From assembly GCA_016790705.1 (NCBI GenBank), contig JAEUOT010000070.1, positions 11,036 to 75,035 on the forward strand: a stretch of 64,000 bases of DNA. Direction: 5' to 3'. The notes beneath the pieces were generated by a model, which had not been told where the DNA came from, ran no database searches, and worked only from the letters and a program-made list of their open reading frames with translations. Source of the stretch: Hydrogenophaga sp. (GTDB lineage Bacteria; Pseudomonadota; Gammaproteobacteria; Burkholderiales; Burkholderiaceae_C). Both the position numbers and the translations under genes were made by a program. This document shows positions 8,944 through 19,224 of the stretch, piece after piece; the stretch's first letter is position 1, and every line of letters starts with the position of its first letter.

Positions 8944-10886
8944 GCTGCAGCCTTCACAGGGGCAAAGGTCTTGGTGTCGACGATCCTGAGCGTGGCGCTC
9001 ACGCTGCCGGTGCGACCGTCCTCGAACTTGACCTGGGTTTCGATGTACTGCTCACTCTTTCCACCGTAGAGCGCATCCACCAGCACGCCGTACTTCTCGC
9101 CGATGAAGCCACGGCGGACCTTGTTGGTGCGGGTGAGCTCGCCGTCGTCGGCGTCCAGTTCCTTGTGCAGCACGAGGAAGCGGCTGATCTGGCTGCCGGC
9201 CAGCAGTTCGTCGCGGCTGAGGTCGGCGTTGACCTTTTCCACGCAGTCCTTGATCAGTTCGTACACCTCGGGCTTCTGCGCCAGGTCGGTGTAGCCGGCG
9301 TAGGGCAGATTGCGGCGCTCGGCCCAGTTGCCCACGGCGTCGAAGTCGATGTTGACCATCACGCAGACCTTCTCGCGCTGGTCGCCGAAGGCCACCGCCT
9401 CCTTGATGTGGGAGAAGAACTTGAGCTTGTTCTCGACGTACTTGGGCGCGAACATCGCGTTGTCGAAAGTCCCGCCCTTGATGCGTCCGACGTCCTTGAC
9501 GCGGTCGATGATCTTGAGGTGGCCGCTGGCGTCGATGAAGCCCGCGTCGCTGGTGTGGTACCAGCCGTCGGCTGTCAGCACCTCTTCGGTGGCCTTGGGG
9601 TTCTTGTAGTACTCCTTGAGCAGGCCGGGCGACTTGACCAGGATCTCGCCGGTCTCGCTGAGCTTGATCTCCACGCCCTCGCAGGGCACGCCCACGGTGT
9701 CGGCGCGCGCCTCGTGGTCGGGCTGCAGGCAGACGAACACGGCGGTCTCGGTCGAACCGTAGAGCTGCTTGAGGTTGATGCCGATCGAGCGGTAGAAGCT
9801 GAACAGGTCGGGGCCAATGGCTTCACCGGCCGTGTAGGCCACGCGCACCCGGCTCATGCCCAGGTTGTTGCGCAGCGGGCCGTAGACGAAGAGGTTGCCC
9901 AGCGCGTACTTCAGGTTGTCCATGAAGCCGACCGGCTTGCCGTCCATCCGGTCGGGGCCGACGCGGCGCGCCACATCCATGAAGGCGTGGAACATCTTGC
10001 GCTTGAGCGCGCCCGCATCTTCCATGCGGATCATCACGCTGGTCAGCAGGCCCTCGAACACCCGCGGCGGCGCGAAGTAGTAGGTCGGGCCGACTTCCTT
10101 GAGGTCGATGGTCACCGTGGCGCCCGACTCGGGGCAGTTGACCACGTAGCCGGCCACCAGCCACTGGGCGTAGCTGAAGATGTTCTGGCCGATCCAGGCG
10201 GGCGGCAGGTAGGCCAGCACCTCGTCCTTCTCGGTCAGCTTGTCGAAGCGCGAGCCGACGGCGGCGCGGTCGATCAGGGTGTTGTGGGTGTGGACCACGC
10301 CCTTGGGGTTGCCGGTGGTGCCGGAGGTGAAGAACATGGACGCCACGTCATCCGGCTGCGCCTTCTCGACCTCTTCGCGGAACAGGTCGGGGTGGGCCTT
10401 GGCGTGCGCCTGGCCGGCACCGATCAGCTCGTCCAGACCCGCCAGGCCCTGCTGGTCGTAGTTGCGCAGGCCGCGCGGATCGTCATAGAAGATGTGCGTC
10501 ATCTGCGGGCACTGGGGCAGGATTTCCAGCATCTTGTCGACCTGCTCCTGGTCCTCCACCACCGCGAAGCGCACCTCGGCGTTGTTGATGGGGAACACGC
10601 ACTCGGTGGCGACGGCGTCCTGGTACAGCGGGACGGGGATCGCGCCCAGGGACTGGGCGGCCAGCATGGTGGCGTAGAGCCGGGGCCGGTTGGCGCCGAT
10701 CACCACCATGTGCTCGCCGCGCCGCAGGCCGGCCTGGTGCAGGCCGCAGGCCATGGCCTCGACGAGCTGGGCCATGTCGGACCAACTCAAGGTCTGCCAG
10801 ATGCCGTATTCCTTCTCACGCATGGCGGGCGCCGTCGGGCGCCGTGCGGCGTGGTCCAGCAGCAGCCGGGGGAAGGTCGTTTGCAT
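8940..10886 (-). CDS. Long-chain fatty acid-CoA ligase (AMP-binding)
   Basis: Start MQTTFPRLL with AGGAG RBS; FTSGTTGNPKG, YGSTE, GWYHTSDAG, IDRVKD. Confidence 0.92.
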   Translation of the reverse strand: MQTTFPRLLLDHAARRPTAPAMREKEYGIWQTLSWSDMAQLVEAMACGLHQAGLRRGEHMVVIGANRPRLYATMLAAQSLGAIPVPLYQDAVATECVFPINNAEVRFAVVEDQEQVDKMLEILPQCPQMTHIFYDDPRGLRNYDQQGLAGLDELIGAGQAHAKAHPDLFREEVEKAQPDDVASMFFTSGTTGNPKGVVHTHNTLIDRAAVGSRFDKLTEKDEVLAYLPPAWIGQNIFSYAQWLVAGYVVNCPESGATVTIDLKEVGPTYYFAPPRVFEGLLTSVMIRMEDAGALKRKMFHAFMDVARRVGPDRMDGKPVGFMDNLKYALGNLFVYGPLRNNLGMSRVRVAYTAGEAIGPDLFSFYRSIGINLKQLYGSTETAVFVCLQPDHEARADTVGVPCEGVEIKLSETGEILVKSPGLLKEYYKNPKATEEVLTADGWYHTSDAGFIDASGHLKIIDRVKDVGRIKGGTFDNAMFAPKYVENKLKFFSHIKEAVAFGDQREKVCVMVNIDFDAVGNWAERRNLPYAGYTDLAQKPEVYELIKDCVEKVNADLSRDELLAGSQISRFLVLHKELDADDGELTRTNKVRRGFIGEKYGVLVDALYGGKSEQYIETQVKFEDGRTGSVSATLRIVDTKTFAPVKAAA

Positions 10887-10988
10887 GTGCGTTTCTCCTG
10901 ACACGCCGCGGGACCCGCAAGGTCCGGGCGGTGGTGCTGATCCATGAAATTCGATGGATCGCATCCTAGGCAGTTGTTTGACGTTATG

Positions 10989-11006
10989 TTGTCCGTAGAA
11001 CGACAA
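10989..11006. promoter_or_regulatory. Candidate Crp/Fnr-family operator TTGTC-N8-GACAA
   Basis: Palindrome with TGT-N10-ACA geometry in the divergent gap between the ligase and the Crp/Fnr gene. Confidence 0.55.
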
Positions 11007-11078
11007 TTGGCGGGTCAACCCTGCTAGGACTTTCCCTAGTGCCCGCCGCAGGCCTTCTGCCCGACAGGACCTTCTTTT

Positions 11079-11804
11079 ATGGCTCCAGTGACCGTTCTGC
11101 GCACCGGCGCCGCCTTGCGCGCCTCCGCCCGCCCGCCGTCCAAGGACGAGTTGGGCGAGATTCCCTGGCTGGAGGCGCTGACAGAGCAGGAGCGCCAGCG
11201 GGCGCTTGATGCGCTGGTGGTCAACGAGGTGCAGGTGGGCGAGCTGATCTGCCGCATCGGCCGGCCGGCGACCTACTGGTTCGGTCTGCTCGACGGCCTG
11301 CTCAAGATGAGCAACGACGACTCTCAAGGGGCGGTCATCACCTTCACCGGTGTGGCGCCCGGCGGCTGGTTCGGCGAAGGCACGGTGCTCAAACGCGAAC
11401 AGTACCGCTACAACATCCAGGCGCTGCGCAAGAGCCGGGTCGCCGGATTGCCGGTCGACAACTTCCACTGGCTGCTGGACCACTCGATCGGCTTCAACCG
11501 TTTCGTGATGAACCAGCTCAACGAGCGTCTGGGCCAGTTCATCGCGGCGCGCGAGATCGACCGCATCTCCAGCCCCGACCTGCGGGTGGCGCGCAACCTG
11601 GCAGCGCTGTTCCACCCGCTGCTCTCGCCCAACGTCGGCGGCATCCTGCGCATCACCCAGCAGGAGCTGGCCTATCTGGTGGGCCTGTCGCGCCAGCGGG
11701 TCAACGAAGCGCTGACCACGCTCTCTGTGAAGGGCTGGATCCGGGTCGAGTATGGCGGCCTTCGGGTGCTGGATCTGCAGGCGCTGCGCGGCGGCGAACT
11801 GTAG
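11079..11804 (+). CDS. Crp/Fnr family transcriptional regulator
   Basis: cNMP-domain GGWFGEG and HTH ITQQELAYLVGLSRQRVNEAL. Confidence 0.93.
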   Translation: MAPVTVLRTGAALRASARPPSKDELGEIPWLEALTEQERQRALDALVVNEVQVGELICRIGRPATYWFGLLDGLLKMSNDDSQGAVITFTGVAPGGWFGEGTVLKREQYRYNIQALRKSRVAGLPVDNFHWLLDHSIGFNRFVMNQLNERLGQFIAAREIDRISSPDLRVARNLAALFHPLLSPNVGGILRITQQELAYLVGLSRQRVNEALTTLSVKGWIRVEYGGLRVLDLQALRGGEL

Positions 11805-11836
11805 CCCCTCGTGCCCGGGCGTGGGATCATCGGGGG

Positions 11837-13030
11837 ATGACCGACACACCCAAGAAAACGCTGCAGCTCAAGGCCAGACCTGAGGCTGCCAAGAAGCCGC
11901 TCGCGCTCCGCGCGCCGGTGCGCCCGCGCGGCCCGGCCCGGGCCCGACCCCTGTCCGAAGTGCAGGCCGAACGCGCCGCAAGAGAGGCCGCCTGGGCGGC
12001 CCAGAAACCAGAAGGCGCCGGACGCCCGGAGCGCGGCGACGCCCCCCGGGGCGGCGGCCCCCGCAACCGGGACGATGCGCCGCGCGGCTTTGGACCGCGG
12101 AGCGGCGGGCCGCGTGCCGACGCGCCGCGGCTGAGCAACGCCGACCAGCGGCCCACGCCCCGTTCCGGCCCCCGTGCTGCGCCGGAGGGCGCCCGCCCGG
12201 CCCGTGCGCCGCGCGACGCCCGCCCCGATCTGGCCCGGGTGGGCAACGTCAATGGCGAAGTGCGGCTGAACAAGCGCATGGCCGACCTCGGTCTGTGTTC
12301 GCGCCGCGAGGCCGACGAATGGATCGCGCGCGGCTGGGTACTCGTCAACGGCCAGCCGGCCGTCATGGGTCAGCCGGTGCCGCCGGACGCGCAGGTGGAG
12401 GTGCTGCCGCAAGCCCGTCACCAGCAGGCCGGGCAGGTGACGATCCTGCTGCACAAGCCGGTGGGCTACGTCAGCGGTCTGCCGGAGGACGGCCACGAAA
12501 CCGCTGCGGTTCTGGTCACCGGACCGAACCACTGGCGCGACGACCGCAGCGGCCGCCGCTTCGAACCCGCGCACAGCCGCAACCTCGCGCCGGCCGGCCG
12601 CCTCGACATCGACTCCACCGGCCTGCTGGTGTTCACCCAGGACGGCCGGGTCGCGCGCACCCTGATCGGGGAAGATTCGGACGTGGAGAAGGAATACCTG
12701 GTGCGGGTGCACTGGGCGCCCGAAGGCCCCAGGGGCGGCGGCCTCGTGACCCAGAACGTGCAGGCGGTGTTTCCGGCCGAGCGGCTGGCGCTGCTGCGCC
12801 ACGGGCTGAGCCTGGACGAGCAGCCGCTGCGGCCGGCGCAGGTCGACTGGCAGAACCCCGAACAGCTGCGCTTCATCCTCAAGGAAGGCAAGAAGCGCCA
12901 GATCCGCCGCATGTGCGAGCAGGTGGGGCTGCACGTGGTGGGCCTCAAGCGCATCCGCATCGGCAACGTCGTGCTGGGCAACCTGCCGGTGGGGCAGTGG
13001 CGGTACCTGGGAGCGAACGAGGGCTTTTGA
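11837..13030 (+). CDS. RsuA/RluB/RluF-family rRNA pseudouridine synthase with low-complexity N-terminal extension
   Basis: S4 domain RLNKRMADLGLCSRREAD; GRLDIDSTGLL; EGKKRQIRRM. Confidence 0.92.
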   Translation: MTDTPKKTLQLKARPEAAKKPLALRAPVRPRGPARARPLSEVQAERAAREAAWAAQKPEGAGRPERGDAPRGGGPRNRDDAPRGFGPRSGGPRADAPRLSNADQRPTPRSGPRAAPEGARPARAPRDARPDLARVGNVNGEVRLNKRMADLGLCSRREADEWIARGWVLVNGQPAVMGQPVPPDAQVEVLPQARHQQAGQVTILLHKPVGYVSGLPEDGHETAAVLVTGPNHWRDDRSGRRFEPAHSRNLAPAGRLDIDSTGLLVFTQDGRVARTLIGEDSDVEKEYLVRVHWAPEGPRGGGLVTQNVQAVFPAERLALLRHGLSLDEQPLRPAQVDWQNPEQLRFILKEGKKRQIRRMCEQVGLHVVGLKRIRIGNVVLGNLPVGQWRYLGANEGF

Positions 13031-13053
13031 GCCCGGGTGGCCCACAATGGCCC

Positions 13054-14328
13054 ATGACCACCCGCATCCCCCGCCCGCTTTCCAGTACCGCTGTCCTGCG
13101 CCACCTCCGCCCGGCCGACCTTCGGGCCGCCGCGCAACTCGCCGCGCAGGCGACCCACGGCGTGATCGACATCACCGAGGGAGTGCACCAGGCGGTGCGG
13201 CGGCGGCTGGGGCTGTCGGCCGGGGCGTCGGCCGAGCAGGCCAGTGGGCTGACCGGGCAGGTCTATCAGATGGTGCGCGGGGTGACCCGGCTGGTGGGCT
13301 GGGGCACCGATGCGGCGCTGGGCGCCTTGCTGCCTCTGGTCGACGACCCCGCCACGCACCCTGAAGCCTCGCCTGAGCGCGAAGCGGTGCTGGCCGCACT
13401 CAACGGCGTGCTGGGCGACCGGCTGCAACTCACCGGCAACGCGCTGGCGCAGCCCATGCTGCTGCGCCAGGGGGGTCGGACGCTGGCACTGAATCCGCCG
13501 GCGCTGGCGGCATCCCTGGGCGACCGGGTCAGTCCGCACCTGCTGCTGATGGTCCACGGGCTGTGCATGAACGACACGCAGTGGCGGTGGGGCGGCCACG
13601 ACCATGGGGCGTTTCTTGCGCAGGCAATGGGCTGCACGCCGGTCTACCTGCGCTACAACACCGGCCTGCACACCTCGACCAACGGCCGCGAACTGGCCTC
13701 GTTGCTGGAGCGCCTGGTGGCGGCCTGGCCGGTGCCGCTGGAGCGCATCACCCTCGTGTGCCACAGCATGGGGGGGCTGGTGTCACGCTCGGCGGTGCAG
13801 GTCGCGCGCACGGCCGGCCTGCGTTGGCCCACGCTGCTGCGCGAGCTGGTGTTCCTGAGCACGCCGCACCACGGTGCGCCTCTGGAGCGCGCGGGCCACG
13901 GGGTGGACCTGCTGCTGGCGGCGACACCGTTCACCGCGCCCTTCACCCGGCTGGGTCAGTTGCGCAGCGCGGGCATCACCGACCTGCGACACGGTCATGT
14001 GCTGGACGCCGACTGGCAGGGGCGTGACCGCTTCGCGGCGTCCGACGACCACCGCGTGCCGCTGCCCCTGCCCGAGGGCGTGGCCTGCTTCACGGTGGCG
14101 GCGACCCTGGCCGGGCGGCGCGGGCTGCTGGCGGAGCGGCTGACCGGCGACGGTCTGGTGCCGCTGCGCAGCGCGCTCGGTCAGCACGACGATCCGGCGC
14201 GACAGCTCGCGTTTGCGCCCGACCACCAGCACATCGCCTGGCGCACCGGCCACCTTGACCTGCTCTCCAGCCGGCCGGTGGCCGAACGCCTGCTGACCTG
14301 GCTGACGGGCGACCGCGCCCCGGCTTGA
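13054..14328 (+). CDS. Alpha/beta hydrolase (PGAP1-like esterase/lipase)
   Basis: VHGLCMN, nucleophile elbow CHSMGG, LSTPHHGAPLE, GDGLVP, GHLDLL. Confidence 0.8.
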   Translation: MTTRIPRPLSSTAVLRHLRPADLRAAAQLAAQATHGVIDITEGVHQAVRRRLGLSAGASAEQASGLTGQVYQMVRGVTRLVGWGTDAALGALLPLVDDPATHPEASPEREAVLAALNGVLGDRLQLTGNALAQPMLLRQGGRTLALNPPALAASLGDRVSPHLLLMVHGLCMNDTQWRWGGHDHGAFLAQAMGCTPVYLRYNTGLHTSTNGRELASLLERLVAAWPVPLERITLVCHSMGGLVSRSAVQVARTAGLRWPTLLRELVFLSTPHHGAPLERAGHGVDLLLAATPFTAPFTRLGQLRSAGITDLRHGHVLDADWQGRDRFAASDDHRVPLPLPEGVACFTVAATLAGRRGLLAERLTGDGLVPLRSALGQHDDPARQLAFAPDHQHIAWRTGHLDLLSSRPVAERLLTWLTGDRAPA

Positions 14329-14350
14329 AAAGCCGTCGGACGCCCATAAT
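14324..14350 (+). promoter_or_regulatory. Sigma-32 (RpoH) heat-shock promoter of htpG
   Basis: CTTGAAA (-35) ... CCCATAAT (-10), close to the RpoH consensus, about 80 nt upstream of htpG. Confidence 0.75.
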
Positions 14351-14427
14351 TGCGCCCTCGCGAGCGCCGAACGCCCGTTGCCGGGCCGGGCGGTGATGCC
14401 CCATTTCCCTCTGAACACCCACCAAGC

Positions 14428-16293
14428 ATGAGCAAACAAACCCTGAACTTCCAGGCCGAAGTGGCCCAGCTGCTGCACCTCGTCACCCACTCGCTCTATT
14501 CCAATCCCGAGATCTTCCTGCGCGAGCTGGTCTCCAACGCCTCGGACGCCTGCGACAAGCTGCGCTTCGAAGGCCTGAACGACGCCGCCCTGTTCGAAGA
14601 TGCGCCCAACCTGGACGTGCGCGTGTCCTTCGACAAGGACGCCAAGACCATCACGATCACCGACAACGGCATCGGCATGAGCCAGGCCGAGGCGGTCGAG
14701 CACCTGGGCACCATCGCCAAGAGCGGCACCAGGGATTTCATGGGGCGTCTGAGCGGCGACCAGAAGAAGGACGCGCAACTGATCGGCCAGTTCGGCGTCG
14801 GCTTCTATTCGGGCTTCATCGTCGCCGACCGGATCGTGGTCGAGTCGCGCCGCGCCGGCCTGCCGGCGGCCGAAGGCGTGCGCTGGACCAGCGGCGGCAC
14901 CGGCGACTTCGAGGTCGAGACGATCGAACGCGCCGCCCGCGGCACCACCATCACGCTGCACATCCGCGAGGACAAGACCGAGTTCCTGAGCCACTGGAAA
15001 CTCAAGTCGCTGATCTCCAAGTACTCCGACCACATCAGCCTGCCGATCCTGATGCGCAAGGAAGAGTGGGACGCCGAGAAGAGCGAGTATGTCCAGAAGG
15101 ACGAATGGGAGCCGGTCAACTCGGCCAACGCCCTGTGGGCCCGCAGCAAGAAGGACATCAGCGACGAGCAGTACGCCGAGTTCTACAAGAACCTCAGCTA
15201 CGACCAGGAAGCGCCGCTGGCCTGGAGCCACAACCGCGTCGAAGGCAGCACCGAATACACGCAACTGCTCTACATCCCGGCCAAGGCGCCCGGCGACCTG
15301 TGGAACCGCGACCGCAAGGCCGGCATCAAGCTCTACGTCAAGCGCGTCTTCATCATGGACGAGGCCGAAAGCCTGATGCCTTCCTACCTGCGCTGGGTCA
15401 AGGGCGTGGTCGATTCGGCCGACCTGCCGCTGAACGTCAGCCGCGAACTGCTGCAGGAAAGCCGTGACGTGAAGGCGATCCGCGAAGGCAACACGCGCCG
15501 CGTGCTGTCGATGCTGGACGACCTGGCCAAGGACGCCGACAAGTACACCGCGTTCTACGGCGAGTTCGGCGCCGTGCTCAAGGAAGGCCTGGGCGAGGAC
15601 TTTGCCAACCGCGAGAAGCTGGCCAAGCTGCTGCGCTTTGCATCGACCCAGAGCGACACGGTCACCGTGTCGCTGGCCGACTACAAGGCCCGCATGAAGG
15701 AAGGCCAGGCCACGATCTACTACATCACCGCCGACAGCGCCGCCGCCGCACGCAACAGCCCGCAGCTCGAGGTGTTCCGCAAGAAGGGCATCGAGGTCCT
15801 GTTCATGACCGACCGGGTCGACGAGTGGGCGCTGTCCTACCTCAACGAGTTCGACGGCACGCCGCTGCAGAGCGTGGCCAAGGGCGCGGTGGACCTCGGT
15901 CAGTTGCAGGACGAGGAAGAGAAGAAGGCGGCCGAGCAGGCGGCCGAGACCTTCAAGCCGGTGCTGGAGAAGCTCAAGGAAAGCCTCAAGGACAAGGCCA
16001 AGGACGTGCGCGTGACCACCCGCCTGGTGGATTCGCCGGCCTGTCTCGTGGTCGAAGACGGCGAGTACTCGACCCAACTGGCGCGGCTGCTGAAGTCGGC
16101 CGGACAGAAAGCGCCCGAGGTCAGGCCCATCCTCGAAATCAATGCCGAACACGCGCTGGTGAAAAAGCTCGACGGCTCGCCCCGTTTCGACGACCTCGCC
16201 CACATCCTGTTCGACCAGGCGCTGCTGGCCGAGGGCGGTCTGCCCGACGATCCCGCCGCGTACGTGCGACGCGTCAACGCCCTGCTGGTCTGA
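14428..16293 (+). CDS. htpG: Chaperone HtpG (Hsp90)
   Basis: [50 protein letters not shown]. Confidence 0.98.
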   Translation: MSKQTLNFQAEVAQLLHLVTHSLYSNPEIFLRELVSNASDACDKLRFEGLNDAALFEDAPNLDVRVSFDKDAKTITITDNGIGMSQAEAVEHLGTIAKSGTRDFMGRLSGDQKKDAQLIGQFGVGFYSGFIVADRIVVESRRAGLPAAEGVRWTSGGTGDFEVETIERAARGTTITLHIREDKTEFLSHWKLKSLISKYSDHISLPILMRKEEWDAEKSEYVQKDEWEPVNSANALWARSKKDISDEQYAEFYKNLSYDQEAPLAWSHNRVEGSTEYTQLLYIPAKAPGDLWNRDRKAGIKLYVKRVFIMDEAESLMPSYLRWVKGVVDSADLPLNVSRELLQESRDVKAIREGNTRRVLSMLDDLAKDADKYTAFYGEFGAVLKEGLGEDFANREKLAKLLRFASTQSDTVTVSLADYKARMKEGQATIYYITADSAAAARNSPQLEVFRKKGIEVLFMTDRVDEWALSYLNEFDGTPLQSVAKGAVDLGQLQDEEEKKAAEQAAETFKPVLEKLKESLKDKAKDVRVTTRLVDSPACLVVEDGEYSTQLARLLKSAGQKAPEVRPILEINAEHALVKKLDGSPRFDDLAHILFDQALLAEGGLPDDPAAYVRRVNALLV

Positions 16294-16320
16294 GCTTCAG
16301 CGCAAAGGCCACAGCACGCG

Positions 16321-16351
16321 ACCCGGACGGGACTTCCGTCCGGGTTTTTTT
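16321..16351 (+). terminator. Rho-independent terminator of htpG
   Basis: ACCCGGACGG-GACTT-CCGTCCGGGT followed by a T-run. Confidence 0.88.
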
Positions 16352-16470
16352 GTCACCTGTTGCGTGTCATGCCGGTGTGCGGTCGTGATTCCTTTCGCAG
16401 ATGACTACACTGGCGGATTGGGAGTTTCAAACGGGGTGCAAAGCCCCGACAACGTTGACCGCCACCCGCC

Positions 16471-17874
16471 GTGCAACCTCAGCGCCCGTTCGATCCCGTC
16501 GTCACATTTCGTAACAGCCAGGGCGAGGCCGCGCGCGGCACGCTGACCAGCCTGCAGCGTCGCGCGTTGGTGATGGAGATCTACAACCCCTATTCCATCG
16601 TCCAGGTCAGCGAGGTGCTCAACGACCTCGTGATCCGCTCCGGCGAGCGGGCCATCTACCAGGGCAAGGCCGTGGTGGTCAGTCTGCTCAACACGGGACT
16701 GATGGCGGTGGTCTCGGTCACGCTGATCAACGAGTGGAACGATCTCGGACACATCGGACACGACGCGCGATCGGTGGCGCTGGCTGTTGCCCGTTTCGTC
16801 GAGGAATGGGAAACCCGCTCTAGGGTGGGCCACGCCTACCAGGGCGTGGTCAACGACCTTCGCGCCTATTTCTCCGAGGTCACCCGGTGGCTCGACCAGG
16901 CGGATGTCACGGCGGGTTTGCCGCGTGACGAATCCGGGCGGGTGCGGGACGATGTGTTCTACGAGATTGCGCGTCCCTTGCTGATCAAGGGGCAGCGCTA
17001 CTTGCGCCGGTTCGAAGAAGAAGCCGCCAAGGTGGTTCCCGAAGAAGACGCGGCCCACCGTGCGTTTGCCCAGGCGGCGCTGCATCCGCTGGTGCTGCGG
17101 GCGCCCTTCGTGTACCGCACCTTCGCCAAGCCACTGGGGTATGCGGGCGACTACCAGATGGTCAACCAGATCCTGGGCGATCCCCGGGAGGGACCGAGCA
17201 CGTATTTCGAGCTGGTGAACTTCATGTTCCTGCAGGCCGCCGTCGCACAGGCGCACCGCAACCGGGTCGACATCCTTCAGCAGCGGCTGACCGAACTGGC
17301 CGAACAGGCGCGTGCCAGCGGGCGACCCTTGCGGATCCTGAACGTCGGCTGTGGCCCGGCGGGTGAACTGCAACGCCTGGTGGCGGCGGGCACGCCGGTG
17401 GATCACCTGGACGTATCGCTGGTGGACTTCAGCGAGGAGACCCTGACCTATGCCTCGGAGCGACTGGACGAGGTCGCGCGTCAGCATGCCCACCCCGGGC
17501 TGAAGATCACGCTGCGGCACGAGTCGGTGCATCAGATGCTCAAGCGCTCGGCGCGCGAGGCCGACGTGCCGCAAGCCGAGCAGTTCGATTACATCTACTG
17601 TGCGGGCCTGTTCGACTATCTGGCAGACAAGGCGTGTTCGCGTCTGATCGCCTATTTCGAACGGCACCTGCGGCCCGGGGGACGCCTGCTGGTCACCAAT
17701 GTGCATTCGGCCAACCCGGAGCGCTTCTGGATGGAGCACTTCCTCGAGTGGTACCTGATCTACCGCGACGAGCAGGGCACCGCGCAACTGTTCCCGCCCT
17801 CGCTGCCCGACGTGCAGACCTTCACGGATGCCACCGGGGTCAACCTGTTCGCCGAAGTCGTCAAGCCGGCGTAG
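16471..17874 (+). CDS. phcB: PhcB-like SAM-dependent methyltransferase, putative 3-hydroxy fatty acid methyl ester signal synthase
   Basis: 467 aa; N-terminal VTFRNSQG..RGTL..LQRRALVMEIYNPYSIVQVSEVL; KPLGYAGDY; SAM motif ILNVGCGPA; YCAGLFDYL; heads an HK / REC-HK / REC operon as in Ralstonia phcBSRQ. Confidence 0.82.
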   Translation: MQPQRPFDPVVTFRNSQGEAARGTLTSLQRRALVMEIYNPYSIVQVSEVLNDLVIRSGERAIYQGKAVVVSLLNTGLMAVVSVTLINEWNDLGHIGHDARSVALAVARFVEEWETRSRVGHAYQGVVNDLRAYFSEVTRWLDQADVTAGLPRDESGRVRDDVFYEIARPLLIKGQRYLRRFEEEAAKVVPEEDAAHRAFAQAALHPLVLRAPFVYRTFAKPLGYAGDYQMVNQILGDPREGPSTYFELVNFMFLQAAVAQAHRNRVDILQQRLTELAEQARASGRPLRILNVGCGPAGELQRLVAAGTPVDHLDVSLVDFSEETLTYASERLDEVARQHAHPGLKITLRHESVHQMLKRSAREADVPQAEQFDYIYCAGLFDYLADKACSRLIAYFERHLRPGGRLLVTNVHSANPERFWMEHFLEWYLIYRDEQGTAQLFPPSLPDVQTFTDATGVNLFAEVVKPA

Positions 17875-17892
17875 CCGTCACGGTTCTTTCCC

Positions 17893-19224
17893 ATGAACGC
17901 CACGACCAGGCCGCTCACCTTTGAGGAAGCGGAGTACCAGCATCTGCTGTTCTACAGCCGGGTGACCTGCATCGTCGCCATCGTGCTGGTGATGGCCGGG
18001 GTGGGGCTGGACGCGACGTTCTACCCGAGCGAGGTCGTGCCGTTTGCGGTGGCGCGCGTGGTGGTGTCGGCGCTGATCGGTCTGACCCTGTGGAGCTACG
18101 GCAGGCCCTACGGCGAAACGCACGTCCGGCTGCTGACCCATTTCTGGATCGCACTCCCTCAACTGATGATCGCCTGGATGATCTTTCGAACCGATGGCGA
18201 GGGTTCGATCTACTTCGTGGGCCTGACGTTCGCGATTTCCGGGATCGGCATTTTTCTCCCCTTGTCGATGCGGGAGGCCCTGGGGTTCAGCACCTTCACG
18301 CTGGGCGTCTATCTGCTGGCGTGCATCTTCCGCGATCAGGGCGTGCGCGACTGGGCGACGCTGCTGGGGCGACTGATCTTCATGCTGTTCTACGCGGTGA
18401 TCGCCGTGACCATTGCGGTCTACAGCAGCGTCTGGCGGCGACGCACCTTCGAGCTGCAAACCGAAGTGCAGGCCCAGAAGGACGCGCTGATCGAACAGAA
18501 CCGGGCACTGGCCGAGGTCAAGGGGCAGCTCATCCAGCGCGAGAAGATGGCGGCCATCGGTACCTTGTCGGCGGGACTGCTGCACGAGCTGAACAACCCG
18601 GTCAACTACAGCCTGATGGCGGTGAACATGGGGTTGAGCGTGCCTGCGGCCCAGGGCGATCCCATGCTCAAGGAGAGCCTGGAGGACGCCCGCGAGGGAC
18701 TGACGCGGGTGCAGAACATCGTCAGCGACCTCAAGACCTTCGCCTACCAGAAGCAGGGCGAGGACACGATGCGGCCGTTCCTGCTGGAGCACGCGATTCG
18801 CTCGGCGGTGCGCCTGGACGGTTATGACCTCAAGGGGATCGACGTGGTGATCACGCTGCCGCAGGACACCCATGTGATGGGGGATGAGCCGGCGATCATC
18901 GGGGTGCTCATCAACCTGCTGAGCAATGCCGCGCTGGCGCTGCAGAAGGCCGGACGCGCGGCGCCCAGGATCGAGGTTCAGGCGCAGGAGTCCGGGGACC
19001 GGCTGCGCCTGTCGGTGCGCGACAACGGCTGCGGGATCGAGCCCGAGAACCTGGGGCGGGTGTTCGAGCCCTTCTTCACCACGCGGGATGTGGGGGCCGG
19101 CCTGGGGCTCGGGCTGAGCGTAAGCTACGGCATCGTCCAGCGCCACGGGGGGACGTTGTCGGTGGACAGCGTCGCTGGCGAGTGGACCGAGTTCACTTTT
19201 GACCTGCCAAGGCCCGCACCATGA
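17893..19224 (+). CDS. phcS: PhcS-like membrane sensor histidine kinase
   Basis: About 6 TM helices, H-box LLHELNNPV, N-box NLLSNA, DNGCGI, FEPFFTT, GLGLGLS. Confidence 0.8.
   Translation: MNATTRPLTFEEAEYQHLLFYSRVTCIVAIVLVMAGVGLDATFYPSEVVPFAVARVVVSALIGLTLWSYGRPYGETHVRLLTHFWIALPQLMIAWMIFRTDGEGSIYFVGLTFAISGIGIFLPLSMREALGFSTFTLGVYLLACIFRDQGVRDWATLLGRLIFMLFYAVIAVTIAVYSSVWRRRTFELQTEVQAQKDALIEQNRALAEVKGQLIQREKMAAIGTLSAGLLHELNNPVNYSLMAVNMGLSVPAAQGDPMLKESLEDAREGLTRVQNIVSDLKTFAYQKQGEDTMRPFLLEHAIRSAVRLDGYDLKGIDVVITLPQDTHVMGDEPAIIGVLINLLSNAALALQKAGRAAPRIEVQAQESGDRLRLSVRDNGCGIEPENLGRVFEPFFTTRDVGAGLGLGLSVSYGIVQRHGGTLSVDSVAGEWTEFTFDLPRPAP

Noticed and set aside
8940-11849. 969-aa ligase with a long N-terminal extension
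   Set aside because: The real start is 10886; the extension is the antisense of the Crp/Fnr gene.
11837-12250. Arg/Pro/Gly-rich N-terminus of the pseudouridine synthase as a novel domain
   Set aside because: Low-complexity disordered extensions are common in this family.
16347-16370. TTTTGTCAC and an ACCTGT half-site shared between the phcB and cqsA upstream regions
   Set aside because: The T-run is the htpG terminator tail and only half a lux box is present; too short to distinguish from chance.
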